From Pseudovirgaria hyperparasitica (taxonomy: Eukaryota): DNA of 64,000 nucleotides. Of the stretch, positions 50,419-63,548 are shown piece by piece. The notes beneath the pieces are model-generated. The model did no database searches, was not told where the DNA came from, and saw only the letters and a list, made by a program, of their open reading frames with translations. Both the position numbers and the translations under genes were made by a program. Each line of letters begins with the position of its first letter. The first letter of the stretch is position 1. The stretch lies in assembly GCA_010093815.1 (NCBI GenBank), contig ML996573.1. One strand, given 5' to 3'.

Positions 50419-52273
50419 ATGTCTTCAGATTCGGGCCAGAGGACGGCCATCGTAATCGGCGCCGGCGTGGGCGGTGTTGCTACCGCTGCACGACTTGCTA
50501 AGGCTGGCTACAAAGTCACTGTAATCGAAAAGAACGGCTTCACGGGTGGCAGATGCTCTCTGATACATAAAGACGGCCATGTATGTTTACAAACCTCCCA
50601 TACGGCTCAATAACTGACTATTTGTGTGTAAGAGATTCGATCAGGGTCCATCCCTTCTGCTGCTTCCCCACCTCTTCGCCGAGACATTCCGCGATCTCGA
50701 TACTACTCTCGAAGACGAAGGCGTTCAGCTTGTTAAATGCGAGCCAAACTACAATATTTGGTTTGGCGATGGGCAGTCTTTCGAGTTATCGACCGATCTT
50801 GCACGCATGAAGCATGAGATTGAGAAATGGGAAGGTAAAGATGGCTACGAACGGTATCTATCGTTCTTACAAGAGGCGCACAGACATTATGAGTTGAGTG
50901 TGACACACGTATTGAGGAAGAATTTTACAAGCCTACTGAGTATGGCAAGACCTACTTTTCTCATGAATGTGCTGAAACTACATCCATTCGAGAGTATCTA
51001 TTCGAGAGCGTCCAAGTACTTCCGTACGGAGAGGCTAAGGAGAGTGTTCACGTTCGGGAGCATGTATATGGGGATGAGTCCGTTCGATGCACCAGGAACG
51101 TATAGTCTCCTGCAATACACAGAACTTGCAGAGGGTATATGGTATCCAATCGGGGGCTTCCACAAGGTTTGTTACCTGGGCAAGTGACGCTGTGGTCAAG
51201 ACTAAATGATCATTTAGGTTTGTGAGGCTCTCGTGAAAATTGGCGAGCGTATGGGCGTTGAATACAGACTTTCCACCTCCGTCAAGTCAATCGCTTTATC
51301 CCCTGACAATAAAACCGTTGATGGCATCATTCTCGACGATGGAACACGTCTCACTGCCGACCTGATCGTCAACAATTCCGACCTAGTCTACGCATACAAC
51401 AACTTACTCCCCTCCAGCACGTACGCCAAGAGCCTCACTGCCCGCAAAACCTCCTGCTCTAGTATTTCCTTCTATTGGGGACTCTCGGAGCCTGTTCCCG
51501 TCCTCAAAGCTCACAACATCTTCCTCGCAGATGACTATCGCGACTCATTCGACAGCATCTTCAAGCAGCACCTCATCCCCAGCCAGCCTTCCTTCTACGT
51601 CAACGTGCCCTCCCGTATTGACCCTTCGGCCGCACCCGCGAATCGCGAAACAATCGTAGTTCTCGTCCCGGTCGGCCACATGCTCACCAACACCAACTCA
51701 TCCTCATCCTCCGTCCCATGCAGCGAAACGCAGGACTGGCCCTCAATAACCGCACGTGCACGTACGCAGATTCTCTCCACGATCGCGCGACGCACCGGCG
51801 TCGATCTCGCCCCCCTCATCGCGACCGAAACTACCAATACCCCGCCAACATGGCAAGCCGCATTCAACCTTGACAAAGGCGCCATCCTGGGTCTCTCGCA
51901 CTCCTTCTTCAACGTACTCTCCTTCCGACCTTCCACTAAGCACAGCCGTATCAAAAACCTGTATTTCGTCGGCGCAAGCACGCATCCCGGCACTGGGGTC
52001 CCAATCGTCCTCGCAGGCGCAAAGATCGTGTCCGAGCAGATTCTCGCGGATAGTGGTGCTGAAGTACCATGGACGCGTGGTGGAGCAGTAACAAAGAAGA
52101 GGCGGGGACGGAGTGACTTAGACCAGGTGCAGGGCGCCGGGCAGTATAGTTGGGCGCAAATAGCGATCATTCTGGTTGGTCTATTCTTCGCTTTCTGGAG
52201 GGAGCTAGTGCGTACTGGATATATCCAGGCGCCAGATATGAGTGGAAGCATGTATCGAGGTCTGAAACCGTAG
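50419..52273 (+). CDS. carB: Phytoene desaturase, 3 exons
   Basis: IGAGVGG FAD motif, EKN..GGRCS, RFDQGPSLLL, YFVGASTHPGTGVP, C-terminal TM helix. Introns ~50581-50633 and ~51168-51217. Ortholog of al-1. Confidence 0.97.
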
Positions 52274-55200
52274 TGGAACTTGCGTCTTGGAGTAGTCCTG
52301 TGTGAAATTATCGATATAGAAATGTGCCTGATAGAGGATCTCTGATTTCTGGGTCCGTGATCTCTTCAACCGTCCACTAGACACTGACCGCACAAGCATC
52401 GAGCAATTCGCACGTCCGTATATCAAGTATAGTCGCACACGTGCTACATGACTCCGTGATGCACTCGAGCCAGGCACCTACTACACATCATCTTACACTA
52501 CACGACGGCCACTGCTTAATTTACAGGAATACTCGCAGCAAGAGCAAATCCAATTTGCACTAATTCGCATAGCTGCATGAGTAGACACGTCACTCATGTC
52601 CATGCTCATAATTTGTAGGCTCTTCCCAACCCCGAACGTGAAGAGCCTACCCTTTCGTAATGCTAGAATGATAACACACACTCCATCCAACCAAGAGTTG
52701 AGCTAGACCTGCAAATCTGGTGCAAGCAATAATAAGGAAAAGTACACATACAAGCAGAGAGATACATGTTATATAATGTTCAGAGCAGTATTCGAAACGC
52801 GTGTGGTAGATGGAGAAAGGAATCACGAAATGCGACATTAAAGAATAGGGGACGAGCTTGAGAAGACTATGAAAGTCGAACTCAACGATCTGCTAGTGCT
52901 TACCTTATATCCCCATATAGTTCCTCTGAGAACCTGCGTCTCGTAAGCGTATGAATGGATGTTCTGAAAGACAGCCTCACGCCACAGGGTCAACTGCTAA
53001 CGGAGCAACATGTCGTGAGTTGTAGCTCTTTGATATGAGCCTGGCGTCGGTCACATGACAAGCGTAAGCTGTGCAATGTGAGTGAACAAATGCTAATCCA
53101 TATATCTAAACGAGTCTCAAGCGAGAAAGAACTAGGATCAAATGCGGCTTCAAGTAGCCAAAAGGTAGTGAGCGATCCAAAGGGCGTTATCATGATTATC
53201 AAAGGTCCTCGCTGTGTAAATGGATCCATGATCCGCTACTGCTGCTATCGCTTCTTTCTTTCTCACAAGCTCTTGTCCCTTACATTCTATCATGCTCACG
53301 CTCATCTTCGTCTCCAGAGTTGCGGCCTGAGCAGCACATGCATTATCCACCACCCTGTCCTGACATCCCCGCTACCTGTAAAATCGTAGCGACCTCATCC
53401 TGGCAAGCTCATCCTGGCGACCTACGGTAAGCATCACTTGCTCGGACCTCCGACTTCCACGCACCCGACCCAGGACACAACGTTGAGATGACAAGGCTTG
53501 GGAAAGGCGGAAGAGGTCTTGGCAATACGGCGGGGATCCTTAGCTCTCTGCTCAGCAGGAAGGATGAGATGGAATATATACAAGGTTTATGTACCGGGGT
53601 GTAAGAGTGTGCTTCTACCAGGGATTGACAGTGTAGTTTTGCGGGGTAATCTGGCGTTGGTATGGATGATCAATAGAAAAGTGTGGAGAGAAGAGGTGTA
53701 CACGTGAGGATCCATGGTACATGGGTATAATATGCCGGAGTTGTCTCCAGCGGTTCATTCGTACTCGGTAATATTCTAGTGGGTTCAAGTTGCTTTTGCT
53801 ACTTTGGTATAGTGATGTGTATATTGGATGGATAGAACCAGGAGTGAGATGTCATATTATTAACGTGCATGTTCCTTCTGGAATACTTATGCCTGCCTAT
53901 CAAAATTCTCATGCTACATGCTACTGCCGTCTCCAGTATAGTAAAGGAAATCTGTATACATGGCACTTCGGACTCTGTATCTTCTGTCTAGAGTGTTGGT
54001 AAGCAGCCGCCGCAAATTTCGACCATCACACCTCTTCACATCACAAGAACCTCAACATGTCGTCACACCAGTGCCGACCGCTAAATATGCAGCACGCACG
54101 TTAGACGCGCCCCGCCCTTACGGCTGCTAAAATAGCGTGGATGATCCATGGACAGTGGATCCAATGGCTCCTTCAACCGTCGCGCCCATGCCCGCGATGA
54201 TCGCCGCAAGCCGGATTCGTCAAGGTAGATGGCTGCGCTATCGTGAGATCGTCGGAGGAAATGCATGTGCGACTTTGAAAATTCAAACAAACCGCACGGG
54301 TGGCGTGAGCGCAAGCTGTGCGACTCGTGATTGTGATGAGGGAGTCACCTGAGAGATGCTGTCGGACGATGCGACCTTGTCTGTATGATCATGGAGGCCT
54401 TGTAGTTCGTGAGGCGATGACAGGTCGGTGGTGCATATTAGGAGCTTTGTATGCATGGATCATCATCATCATCACTCCAGGGAAAGCTTGCGGATGAATG
54501 CGATCGATGCATCGATACTGAGGTCCGCATAATATCGCCCGGGTTCAATATAAGTCGGCAACTTTGACCAAGGTCCTACACCAAACAGACAGAAAAGACA
54601 ATATTGAAAGTTGAAAAGTCTGAATGAAGTCGATCCAAGCATTTTTCCTCCCAGAGTGAAGCCCCACACATCGCAAGCTTAATTTACTCAAATGACTGAC
54701 AGAGTGGTCCAAGCTCCCTGGTGGATGGATCTTCGGATGCGCCACGACCTCACAACGACATCATTGTCATCATCGATTCATCGCAATTTGCATTCGACCA
54801 TTCACCTTTGCCATCTCCGTCCAAGCTCTATCTTTCTTTGCTTATTCGTAGTCCATCAAGCCGTAATTAGTGGTACGTCTCTTTCAATCAGTCTCTCGAA
54901 TGAAGCTTTGCTAGTACAACGCTTGAGGCGCCCACTTGTGATACGCCTGTGATAGGCCAAAATACAACGATGCAGTGAGCCATGGCTCTGTTTGGTCATC
55001 GCCGTGCTGCTAGACATCGTGCCGTGCATCGTCGTTGGTCCGACTAGACGCATGCGGACGTGAATTAGTCCAGCTTTCCCAGTCGAACTTTTCTTTCTCT
55101 GGGCTGTTGGGACTCTCTATCTATCTCCTTCTGATGACAGCTCTGCATCATCGCCGCATTGGGCCTCCTCGCGATCGAGAGTCGATAGGATCGATCATCT

Positions 55201-55540
55201 TGCACTGTGCTAGACCGAGACCGAGCTCTCGGATGAGGTCGGATCCTGTGCTGTCACGATGCTGTAGCTTGTCTGACCAATGCCGGTTCCTGCTAGCTGT
55301 CATGGGATACAATGAGATGCGTCCTGGCTGCAGATGTCCGATGTAGCCGAGTAGTTCGACTCGGTCTGGTACCACGGACTTTGCGCGGCCAGGAGATTGA
55401 GATTGAAAGACGTCATAGTGGTGTCGTGCATAGAGGGCCCTTATAATCGTGTACGCGGTCCTTTTTACATATTGTTCATCGATTACCTCTTCCATTGTAC
55501 ACAGCAATCTACTGGGACTTGTCTTGAAACAATCGCCAAT

Positions 55541-56562
55541 ATGCTCGACCAAAGAGATAATGGTGCCTTGAGGGCCAATCGTGAGTAGCTGCAATGCCAC
55601 CACAACCACATTCAAAGTCGAGAAGATTACTGACTTCTGCTGTAGCTAGCACTGTCAATGGCGCCACTGCCGACATCACCATCACTGTTCGTGGCAGTGA
55701 CTGGTATTGGGCCGTTTGCGCCGTCATGACCGTATCGACATTTGCATTCCTTGGCCTGGCCATGACCAAGCCGCGCAATCAGCGTATATTCCACTACATC
55801 ACCGGTGGTATCACCATGGTGGCAGCCATCGCCTACTTCAGCATGGCCAGCAACCTGGGTTTCACGCCCATTGCCGTTGAATTCGCCCGTAGTGACTCCC
55901 GCGTCGCTGGCATGAACCGCTCCATCTTCTACGTTCGCTACATCGACTGGTTCGTCACCACGCCGCTGCTTCTCATGGATCTGCTCCTCACAGCTGGCAT
56001 GCCATGGCCGTCAATCCTATGGGTCATTCTCGTCGACTGGGTGATGATTGTGACAGGTCTTGTCGGCGCGCTCGTAACATCGTCCTACAAATGGGGCTAC
56101 TTCGCGTTCGGCTGCGCGGCCATGATGTACATCTTCTACCAGCTCGCATGGGAGGCACGCATCCACGCAAACCACCTTGGCAACGACATCGGGCGCGTGT
56201 TCCTCATGTGCGGCACGCTGACTCTTGTCGTCTGGCTCTGCTACCCGATCGCATGGGGTGTGGCCGAGGGCGGTAACATTATCGCGCCAGACAGTGAAGC
56301 CGTCTTCTATGGCATTCTCGATCTGCTGGCCAAGCCCGTGTTCGGTGCCATGCTCATCTTTGGTCATCGCAACATCGAGCCAGCTCGCCTTGGCCTGCAC
56401 ATCCGTGACTACGACGAGCCTATTGCAGGTGCCGCCGCGTCGCATGCCGAGAAGAAGGCTGCTCATCACAATGGCACTTCAAATGGCCACACCAACGGCA
56501 GTTCATCTGCTCCTGCCGACCCTGCGGTTGAGCCTGGAACTACCACCACCACCACTGTCTAA
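55541..56562 (+). CDS. carO: Fungal rhodopsin, CarO type (proton pump), 2 exons
   Basis: Exon 1 55541-55580 (MLDQRDNGALRAN), intron 55581-55645. Helix C RYIDWFVTTPLLLMDL gives the D85/T89/D96 DTD motif. Helix G DLLAK carries the retinal-binding Lys. Confidence 0.96.
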
Positions 56563-57427
56563 GCAGTGACTTGACCATGAGACACTTGCCCACGCTCTGA
56601 CGGCGCCATTGCGTCATGTCAGTATCAATGAGAAAAGAGACTATGGCTGCAATTGCGCACAACATGATACCCACACCTGTCCGGCATGGATACTCAGAAG
56701 AACATCTATGAATTAGTTGAGAATGAACATTGGACGTTTCCATCATCTTGCATGTATTCTTGTCATCTTGGTAAATCGTTGGGACGAATCTGTAATGCTG
56801 TCATAATGAAAGTATGATAATATTAATCTTACGTGGACGGCGTTTAGACAACTCGAATAATTCATGTTGTGACGTTTCCCTCATGGTAGCTGTGGACGTG
56901 GTGAAAATAATGCGACGTGATACATAGTTAGAAAATATTCCGCTGGCTAAGAAAACTGTCAACGTATACCTATCCATGGATAAGTGCCTCCACAGATGTT
57001 TCCACATGTGTTTCCGTAAGTGGTAGGTGGGTCTTCTCGAGTTGGATAGCTCTGAATAAATTCCTATTGACCTCTTCGGTCATGAATTGATTTATTATGG
57101 TGGGCGAATTCTGATTACATCTGAGGACATTGGCTAGTGGTATTCACGTACTCACGTGATAGCGCATTCGACAGTCAGATGAATTGCCACTTGAAGCCAA
57201 CCAAGTTTAACATGGTGTATGACATTCCGCAACGACCTTTTGAAACTCCTGTGGCACGAATCAGCAATCTCAGTGTCTGTATTTCAATGCTTGCAACTGA
57301 ACATCCTACGTCCATGAACCAAAATGAACAACATACTTATACAGAAACAACGTAACAAGATAACATCCAACCACCCGTGTAATGCAGCAATTGTTTAGCC
57401 ACAAACCAATCTCTGTCCTAGGGTCTT

Positions 57428-60015
57428 CTAGAACCTTACCAACACCTCACTGTCCGAATCGTCCTCCCAATGCTCATCAGGTTGATCATCTTGATCATCT
57501 TGATGATCATCTTGATCATCTTGATGATCATCAGGCAGCTGATATTTCAAATCCGTGTGCTCCGGCGTCGACCTCTCGTCCGTCAACAATGACTCAACTT
57601 CGCCAACATCCAATCCCGGACATTCAGACCCGTCACTGTGCAGCTCAAGCTCATCCTCTATCGATCTAATCGCATGTCCGCACGGACATGGGCTATGAGT
57701 TCGAGAATAGATAGTCGTGTTGTATGCCATCCATGTATTATGTGATTCCACAGACGAGGGGGGGGACTCTTCGGAGTGAAGAGCCGCGGGTCGTGGTGTA
57801 CGTGGAGGTTGTCCTTCGTTCACGTCGATCGACCTCAGTATACCGAGCTCCTCCCGTTCCCGCTCCCACTCCTCTTCCTTGCTTCTCATGAAAGCTTGCA
57901 TTCGGGAGTCTTCTTCTATGTCTAGTCGACGCTGTTTGGCTTGGTCCATCTCCTTCTTACATTCCGCCCACCGATCGAAAAGCCCTTCCATTGCGATGGC
58001 CGCTTGCTTGCATGATATCACGAAGTCCAAGATTGCCGTTTCCGTGTCTCGAATGCAGTCTGCGGTAGGATAAAAGCTCAAAGGAGGAGGCTCCAGCGCA
58101 GTACACTCTCCTTCAATGTTCATGATTTCGCTGTGGACATGCAATGCTGCCTCGTGGGCTTCCATGAACCCACCTATGCCATCAAATACATCGTTGAGCA
58201 GAGTGTGCAATTGGTCTGCCATGCAAGATTGCTTGGAAACCAACGAGGTACCAAATCCTTCCATTGTCCCTTCATTCGTCTTGGACTCGAACGGCAACTC
58301 GCCAATTTGAACATTCCCAGGCTGCTTGGTATCCAGTATACTATTCAACATCTGCTGTAGCACAGGTGCGCCCCTCTCCTCGTCACTTCGATCGTACCTG
58401 AGTCCTCGCATCATGAAAACTTTGGCATTTTCCAGTAATGGCGAAGCCGTCAGTGACTGTAGTTCCGGCAATGATGGCAAACGAATAGAAGGAGACTTCC
58501 TTTTTACCTCCTTCAACGTAAGTGGTGGGCTAACTTCGGACCGTTCCTCTTTGATTGAATGAAGAGATGTCAATGAGTTCGCTCTCGTCATAGGATTGCC
58601 TTTGCTTCGCTGTTTCCGATAGTACAACCGGTGAGAATGGCGAGCTTTAGCAGGCAAGCTCGCGCTGCGCTGCGGCGCTGACGATCCCCGCGAAAACAGG
58701 TGTTTGTCGAATGCCCAGTGGATAAGGCTATTGGACCGTAGATTGGACCGGGTCGTGCCTGAATTGATATTGGGCGTAGGGACACCGACAGGCGTGGGAT
58801 GTCTCTCGATAGGGATAGAGATAGCAGAGCTACGAGAACTGAAAGTCGGAAAGCCAAGCCACGCCACTGATTTCCCGATGAATTTCTTGAAGCCTCGGCG
58901 TTTTCGGCCATGAGTTTGATGCACATGGGCCTTAGTCGGCCTTTGACTTTCTTTGTTAACTGCAAAATCGATGAGGAGTGGGGTATCCATCTCGATGGAT
59001 CTCAAAGAAGCCCGGGCAGACGAATCGAGGAACGTGTCGAGCATAGTGGAAGGTCGATCGATAACGACAGAAGATCCTATTTGATGGGCAGAGTTAGTCT
59101 CGAATTTGATCGTGTCATGTTCTTGGCCCGAAGGTTCAAACCGATTAGGGGAGGGGGACACGTACGTCGTTGGCTAGCAGAGTCATTTGGCTTCACTGTT
59201 GATGCGAAAGATAGATTATCTTGCTTGAGAGTCCGTTTTGCTGTTGACGTTTCAGCCGGTGCAGGATATGTGCCACCATCAGATGACACGGCGCTGCGAT
59301 GAGAAGGGGGAACAGAGCTCTCCTCCAGGAGAGGGGCGAGACGCTGAATCAGAGACGGCGAATCTGCATCTGATGGTGCAGCAGCACTATCGACACGCTG
59401 TTTATTCCTCTCGTTGTATTCAAGGATTTTAGCGATTGTTGGAGTCATCGAGATATTCGACGAACTGGTCGAGACTGGCCGTTCCGACTGCTTGGTGTTG
59501 GGTGTTTGTGGACGATCTTCGAAATTGAAGAGCCCAAGCTGTTCACCAACACTCCTCTCTTGGGGATGAGATTTTCCTTTTCCTTTGAACTTTACTTTAC
59601 TGCAAGACTCGGCTTCTTTTCCGAACGCCATCTTGCTCCACGGTACAATTTCGTCAACGGAGGTTACACTTGGATTGTATAGTCCAGTCGCACGAGCCAA
59701 GTTGGTCAGAAAAGATGATAGATCTAACAGCTCTGACCCTGGGGACCGTCGAGGTCGTCGGCGAGTCGGAAGTAGAATTGAGCGAATTCGACGACGGACG
59801 ATCATGAATCGGCTCTGCTTAGGAGGTTGGTCTGATGCTGAGTGTACCGAGCTCTGCGTTTGGCTATTCTTCTCGTCTGATTCTGGTGTTGCAGGTCTCC
59901 CACTGCTAATTGACATACGTAGCGACGGTTGAATAATATCTTCCTGGATCGACAGAGTGGTGGGTCCATTGTGAGCCTTTTTCGAGCCCATAGCGAAGCT
60001 GAGCGGGTTCTTCAT
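57428..60015 (-). CDS. Hypothetical, largely disordered protein (~850 aa), probably 2 exons
   Basis: ORFs 59077-60189 and 57428-59161 join in phase through an intron at ~59165-59122 (GTACGT..CTAAT..AAG). ATG at 60015. Ser-rich, with a coiled coil and a C-terminal DDHQDDQ tandem repeat (~57483-57532). Confidence 0.65.
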
Positions 60016-60519
60016 GGTGTGCAAGAGAAGGGTAAAAGGTTCCAAGCGAGCGAAATGGTTTCCTAAAAATGTAGGGTTAATTGTGCTATGTTGAGAGAAA
60101 TAGAATAATGCTAGTAAGAAGAAGACATCATGAGACAACAAACGAGAACAACATATTGTTCGGAACGCCAGCCAGAAAGCGGAAGCCACGTTGAATGTAC
60201 ATCAGTGTGGACCTGGGATTGAGGAGCCACCATGAAAGGCGATTGAAAGGGTAAGAACGATCGAGCATATCCACCACCGCACTTTCTCGATCTGTCGATT
60301 CGGGCTCCTCAGGAAACTTCATTGTATCTAAGGAGATCAGGTTTCCCATTCAGCTCGAGACGTAGAACTACCAACCTGACAGTGCTATGCATGCGCACTT
60401 TCGGCTCATGTCAAGTACTCATCTCTCCCACTCGCTGACAATCCCTCAACCTCTTTCATGCCAAGCCATCCACTCACTCGACGACTGATTCCTCTTTCAA
60501 GCATGGGAACCGTGTCTCT

Positions 60520-61563
60520 TCATCCAGCATTTGTCCCAGCTCCCCTCTCAAAGACCTTCACCCCGCCGTCCCCTCCCACGTAATACAACAGCTCTTTCTC
60601 CAAATTCACTCCATTCTCTCTCCCAGACTCCTCGTCGTCTCCATCCCAGGCCCCACCCCTCCCTACACATAGCACTCCACTGACATCTCTCGCAACCCCT
60701 GAATCCAAGAGCCTCAAGCCCACCACCCTCGTCGCTGTATGCCCCAATCCCACAACCAGATTCGCATGCTCGCGCTCCAGCGGCGTCGGTGTATGTGTCA
60801 GATGCACCAGTGGCGAGTCAGCGGGCAGTGATATTATTGATGAAGCTGCAAGAGTGCGGATGTGGAGGAGAGAAGAGAGGAATGCATGGACTGGGGTCAA
60901 GGTGGCGGAGAGGAGAATTGAGGGGTCGTCGAGGATGAGGAGCGTGCGTGAAGGAGGTGATGAAGGAGACGATGAAGAGGCCGAGGAGAGGGCGGACTGT
61001 ATTGTCTGTTCGACGTGTGCAAGATCGGGGGATGTAAGAGTCGCTATATATTTCGGCTTCATCGAGGGCTCAGCAGACGACTGTGCCAGTGCGGATTGTG
61101 TCTTCCCGCGGATCGATAGTCCTCGTGCATTTTGCGTGACTGCGAGAGGAGCTCGTCCAGGGATTCCTGAAGGCGAAGATGAAGACACTGTCACACTTGC
61201 AGATGCTGGCACCACTCCGTCCTCCCGCAAGAACAATTCGCCCAACCCGTCCACAAACGCGAACCTCCCTTCGACCCCCAATTTCGTCAGATCCAATCCA
61301 ACACTCCTCCTTGCCTCTGTCCTCCAGAAATCCCAATCTCTTAGAAAGCTCACCAATACGACCTTCACATCGCCATTACTTGCCAATCTGCTGCTCTCAG
61401 CCTCATCTCCATTCTTGCCTTTTGTGTCGAATGCGCCGAGTATGTAGCGGAGTATAAGCCAATTTGTGCTCGCACCAAGGACGCTAGTGAGGAGAGTGAG
61501 AGAGTCGGGTGGTGCGAGGGAGACATATGGGTGCAGCAATGGTGGAATGCGCGGTGGTGGCAT
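60520..61563 (-). CDS. ELP6: Elongator complex subunit 6
   Basis: IPPLLHPY...LLTSVLGASTNWL...VVLVSFLRD..FW...FVDGL...TG/SGVARDVSG...E.LY.V.GDGGVKVFERG. ATG at 61563. Confidence 0.9.
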   Translation of the reverse strand: MPPPRIPPLLHPYVSLAPPDSLTLLTSVLGASTNWLILRYILGAFDTKGKNGDEAESSRLASNGDVKVVLVSFLRDWDFWRTEARRSVGLDLTKLGVEGRFAFVDGLGELFLREDGVVPASASVTVSSSSPSGIPGRAPLAVTQNARGLSIRGKTQSALAQSSAEPSMKPKYIATLTSPDLAHVEQTIQSALSSASSSSPSSPPSRTLLILDDPSILLSATLTPVHAFLSSLLHIRTLAASSIISLPADSPLVHLTHTPTPLEREHANLVVGLGHTATRVVGLRLLDSGVARDVSGVLCVGRGGAWDGDDEESGRENGVNLEKELLYYVGGDGGVKVFERGAGTNAG

Positions 61564-61864
61564 TATGCTTTGAAAAGACACCCGGGGTTCTTTTTTTTTT
61601 TGGCGAAAGTCACAATCTGGAGCTTGTAGGATCTTTAGCGGGTGCACGTCATTTCTTAGGTTTTTGGGGTTGGGGGCGTGCCTGGCGGGGTCGTGGGGTG
61701 GTTGGATCAGTTGTATCAGGGGAAAACGCACAAGTACTAAGGCACCCTAGTTCTGACTACACATCTTTGGAGTTCGTTTTCCGTGGCGGTATGTATGTTC
61801 TGTATATATATATGATGTCTATCTATGGGTATCATGAAGCTTCAAACATCAAGAACGCCCTCAA

Positions 61865-63548
61865 TCACGCGGCTCTCTGTGCCTCTATCAACAGCGACAA
61901 ATCTCCCTGAACGTCCAACCCATCCAGCCCATTAAACCCATCCTCGACAACCCATCTCTGGCCTGGCTTATGCAAGACCTCACAAGCCTTGCCTACCAAC
62001 AGCAACCCGGGCGGCCTACTCCCTTCCTCCTCGACCGCTGCACACACGTATTGCAACGTCGTCCTCACAACCCTTTGATCTGGGCAACTTGCCCGTTCCA
62101 ACACCGCACATGGTGTTGTGCTGGGCCAGCTTTTGCCCTCACCAATGAGACTCTCCACCAGAGCACTCAAACGATGTAGCGCCATCAAGAACACCACAGT
62201 CCTCGATTCCACATATTCGGGGCTCTCCAGCATCGCGCCCTTCCTCCCGGTTCCCGTACAGATAAGCACCTGATCCGCCACGCCTCGATGCGTACACGGT
62301 ATCCCAGCAAACAAAGGTGCACTCAATGCGCTCGTGATGCCCGGCAGCACAGTTGGCGTGAATCCATGCTCTCTGAAAAAATCGAATTCCTCCGCCCCTC
62401 GACCGTAAATATAGGGGTCCCCTTGTTTTAGTCTCACAACCCGCTTGCCGGCACGAAGGCCCTCAAGACCCATCCGTAGAAGCTCATCTTGGGCAGCGTC
62501 GGCGTTGCCGGGGAATTTACGCGCGATGTAGACTGTGGCCCGACGCGGGACAAGGTCAAGTACGGGCGATGGAACAAGTTTGTCAGCGAGGACAAGATCG
62601 GCGGAGAGGATTGCTTTATGTGTTGCGGTTGTGAGGAGATCTGGGTTACCGGGTCCAGAGCCCGCGAGCGCGATGCGACCGCCTTGAGTGCGCGTGTCGA
62701 GAGTGGCAGGCTTGAGACCAGAGGAGTCGCTAGACGTGTAGCTACGCAACACAGAGTCGACGTCTGCGTCTGTGATTGCAGCGAGACGGCGCAGCGGCCA
62801 GTACTCACAAATCTGCGCGAGCCATCTTATCCTTCTCATCTTCGCAGCCTCAGCATCTTCAGGCGTCACTAATTGATTGAAAGTAGCCGTCTGCCCCGAG
62901 TCTTCTTCATCGGCTTCGTGGTCCATGGCGAGCTCTGCAGCATGGTCTTCCTCCCATATTCTGCGACGCATGGTGCCGAGGCGCTCCACGGCCTGGCCGA
63001 TGTGTGAAGGGAGGGCGGAGACGACCTCGCGGCGAATGCGGGCAGCGAGCTTGCAGCCCTTGCCGGAGGTTGTGACGCCAATTTGGAGAGCGCCGTCTGT
63101 GTGCGTGGAGAGAAGGGTGAAGGTACAGAGATTAGGGGCGTCGGCGACGTTTATGGGGATACGGAGGCGGCGGCAGAGGGTCGAGATGTGTGTGCCTTGA
63201 GTACGTCAATAGGTGATCGTGCAGTCTGAATATCCATCTTCTGTACTCACTGAGTGGGTTCTTCGACCCAAGAGTTACAAAGACTGCGTCCACGACACGG
63301 TCCGTCTCGTCCCTCCCTAGGCTAGTCAAGTCCTCATCGCGAAAGTCGCGCTTGATCCATTCGACGTCGCCTTCATCTACCCGCTTCGTTACACCATAAT
63401 GCACAGTAGCGTGCTCGGATGCAATGAGCTTGGGGATCGCGCCGACCTCGAGCGAGCGCGTACACCTTGCGCCAGCCAGGGGATTTGAGCCGATGATCAA
63501 GTGGACATGTGAGGTGGAGTCCACAGCTGTGAGAAGCGCAGGAGACAT
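61865..63548 (-). CDS. MET1: Uroporphyrinogen-III C-methyltransferase / siroheme synthase (Met1-like), 2 exons
   Basis: HLIIGSNPLA; intron 63250-63196; INVADAPNLCTF; GSGPGNPDLLT; LADKLV; RLKQGDPYIYGRG; PGITSA. There may be a further upstream exon. Confidence 0.93.

Noticed and set aside
52300..55500. Additional gene between carB and carO
   Set aside because: Only short ORFs without motifs. It looks like terminator plus promoter DNA.
51595..56469. Long antisense ORFs over carB (51595-52251) and carO (56017-56469)
   Set aside because: Shadow ORFs caused by codon bias of the sense genes.
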